From Candidatus Acetothermia bacterium (GTDB taxonomy: Bacteria > Bipolaricaulota > Bipolaricaulia > M55B111): 35,653 nucleotides of DNA. A program made the position numbers and the translations under genes. The stretch's first letter is position 1, and the number at the start of each line of letters is the position of its first letter. The notes under the pieces are model-generated. The model did not search any database, had not been told where the DNA came from, and was given only the letters and a program-made list of their open reading frames with translations. Where the stretch lies: positions 1 through 35,653 of the forward strand of contig JBKGZT010000006.1 in assembly GCA_046543235.1 (NCBI GenBank), read 5' to 3'. This document shows positions 35,593-35,653 of the stretch, one piece after another.

Positions 35593-35653
35593 ATAATTCG
35601 GACAGGCTTACTGGCCTAAACCGGCCTTAGCGTACCCGCAAATACCTGCCACG

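Noticed and set aside
1-35653. CRISPR array, rRNA, prophage or transposase
   Set aside because: No regularly spaced repeats or diagnostic genes were seen by eye.

Overview
Gene-dense bacterial chromosomal window, bounded by two minus-strand tRNAs: a partial tRNA-Ser(GCT) at the left edge and tRNA-Gly(CCC) near the right. The many Glu/Asp-rich proteins, NatAB sodium efflux genes and diderm-type envelope genes suggest a halophilic bacterium; Bipolaricaulota/KB1-like is my inference only. Main content: (1) a compact SOS mutagenesis cassette (lexA, an 86-aa unknown, a Y-family polymerase with a RecA-N-terminus-like tail) with a perfect TACTAAAC-N4-GTTTAGTA palindrome inside the lexA promoter; (2) a Thermococcales-style four-gene dye-linked proline dehydrogenase/sarcosine-oxidase-like operon; (3) a TetR (FadR/YsiA-like) regulator with a 20-bp palindromic operator heading an operon of unknown exported protein, MMPL/RND transporter and LolA-like protein; (4) housekeeping and accessory genes (dGTPase-like HD protein, PfkB kinase, HAD, DMT, alpha/beta hydrolase, S9 peptidase, ABC exporter, stand-alone GlmU-like acetyltransferase, glmM, trmO, AmmeMemoRadiSam radical SAM, PfpI, serS, natAB, Slt70-like transglycosylase, family-4 UDG). 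Several intergenic regions carry strong inverted-repeat structure: an 88-bp MITE-like element and four candidate structured RNAs. No CRISPR array, rRNA, integrase or transposase was seen. All calls come from reading motifs by eye; no searches or folding programs were run.
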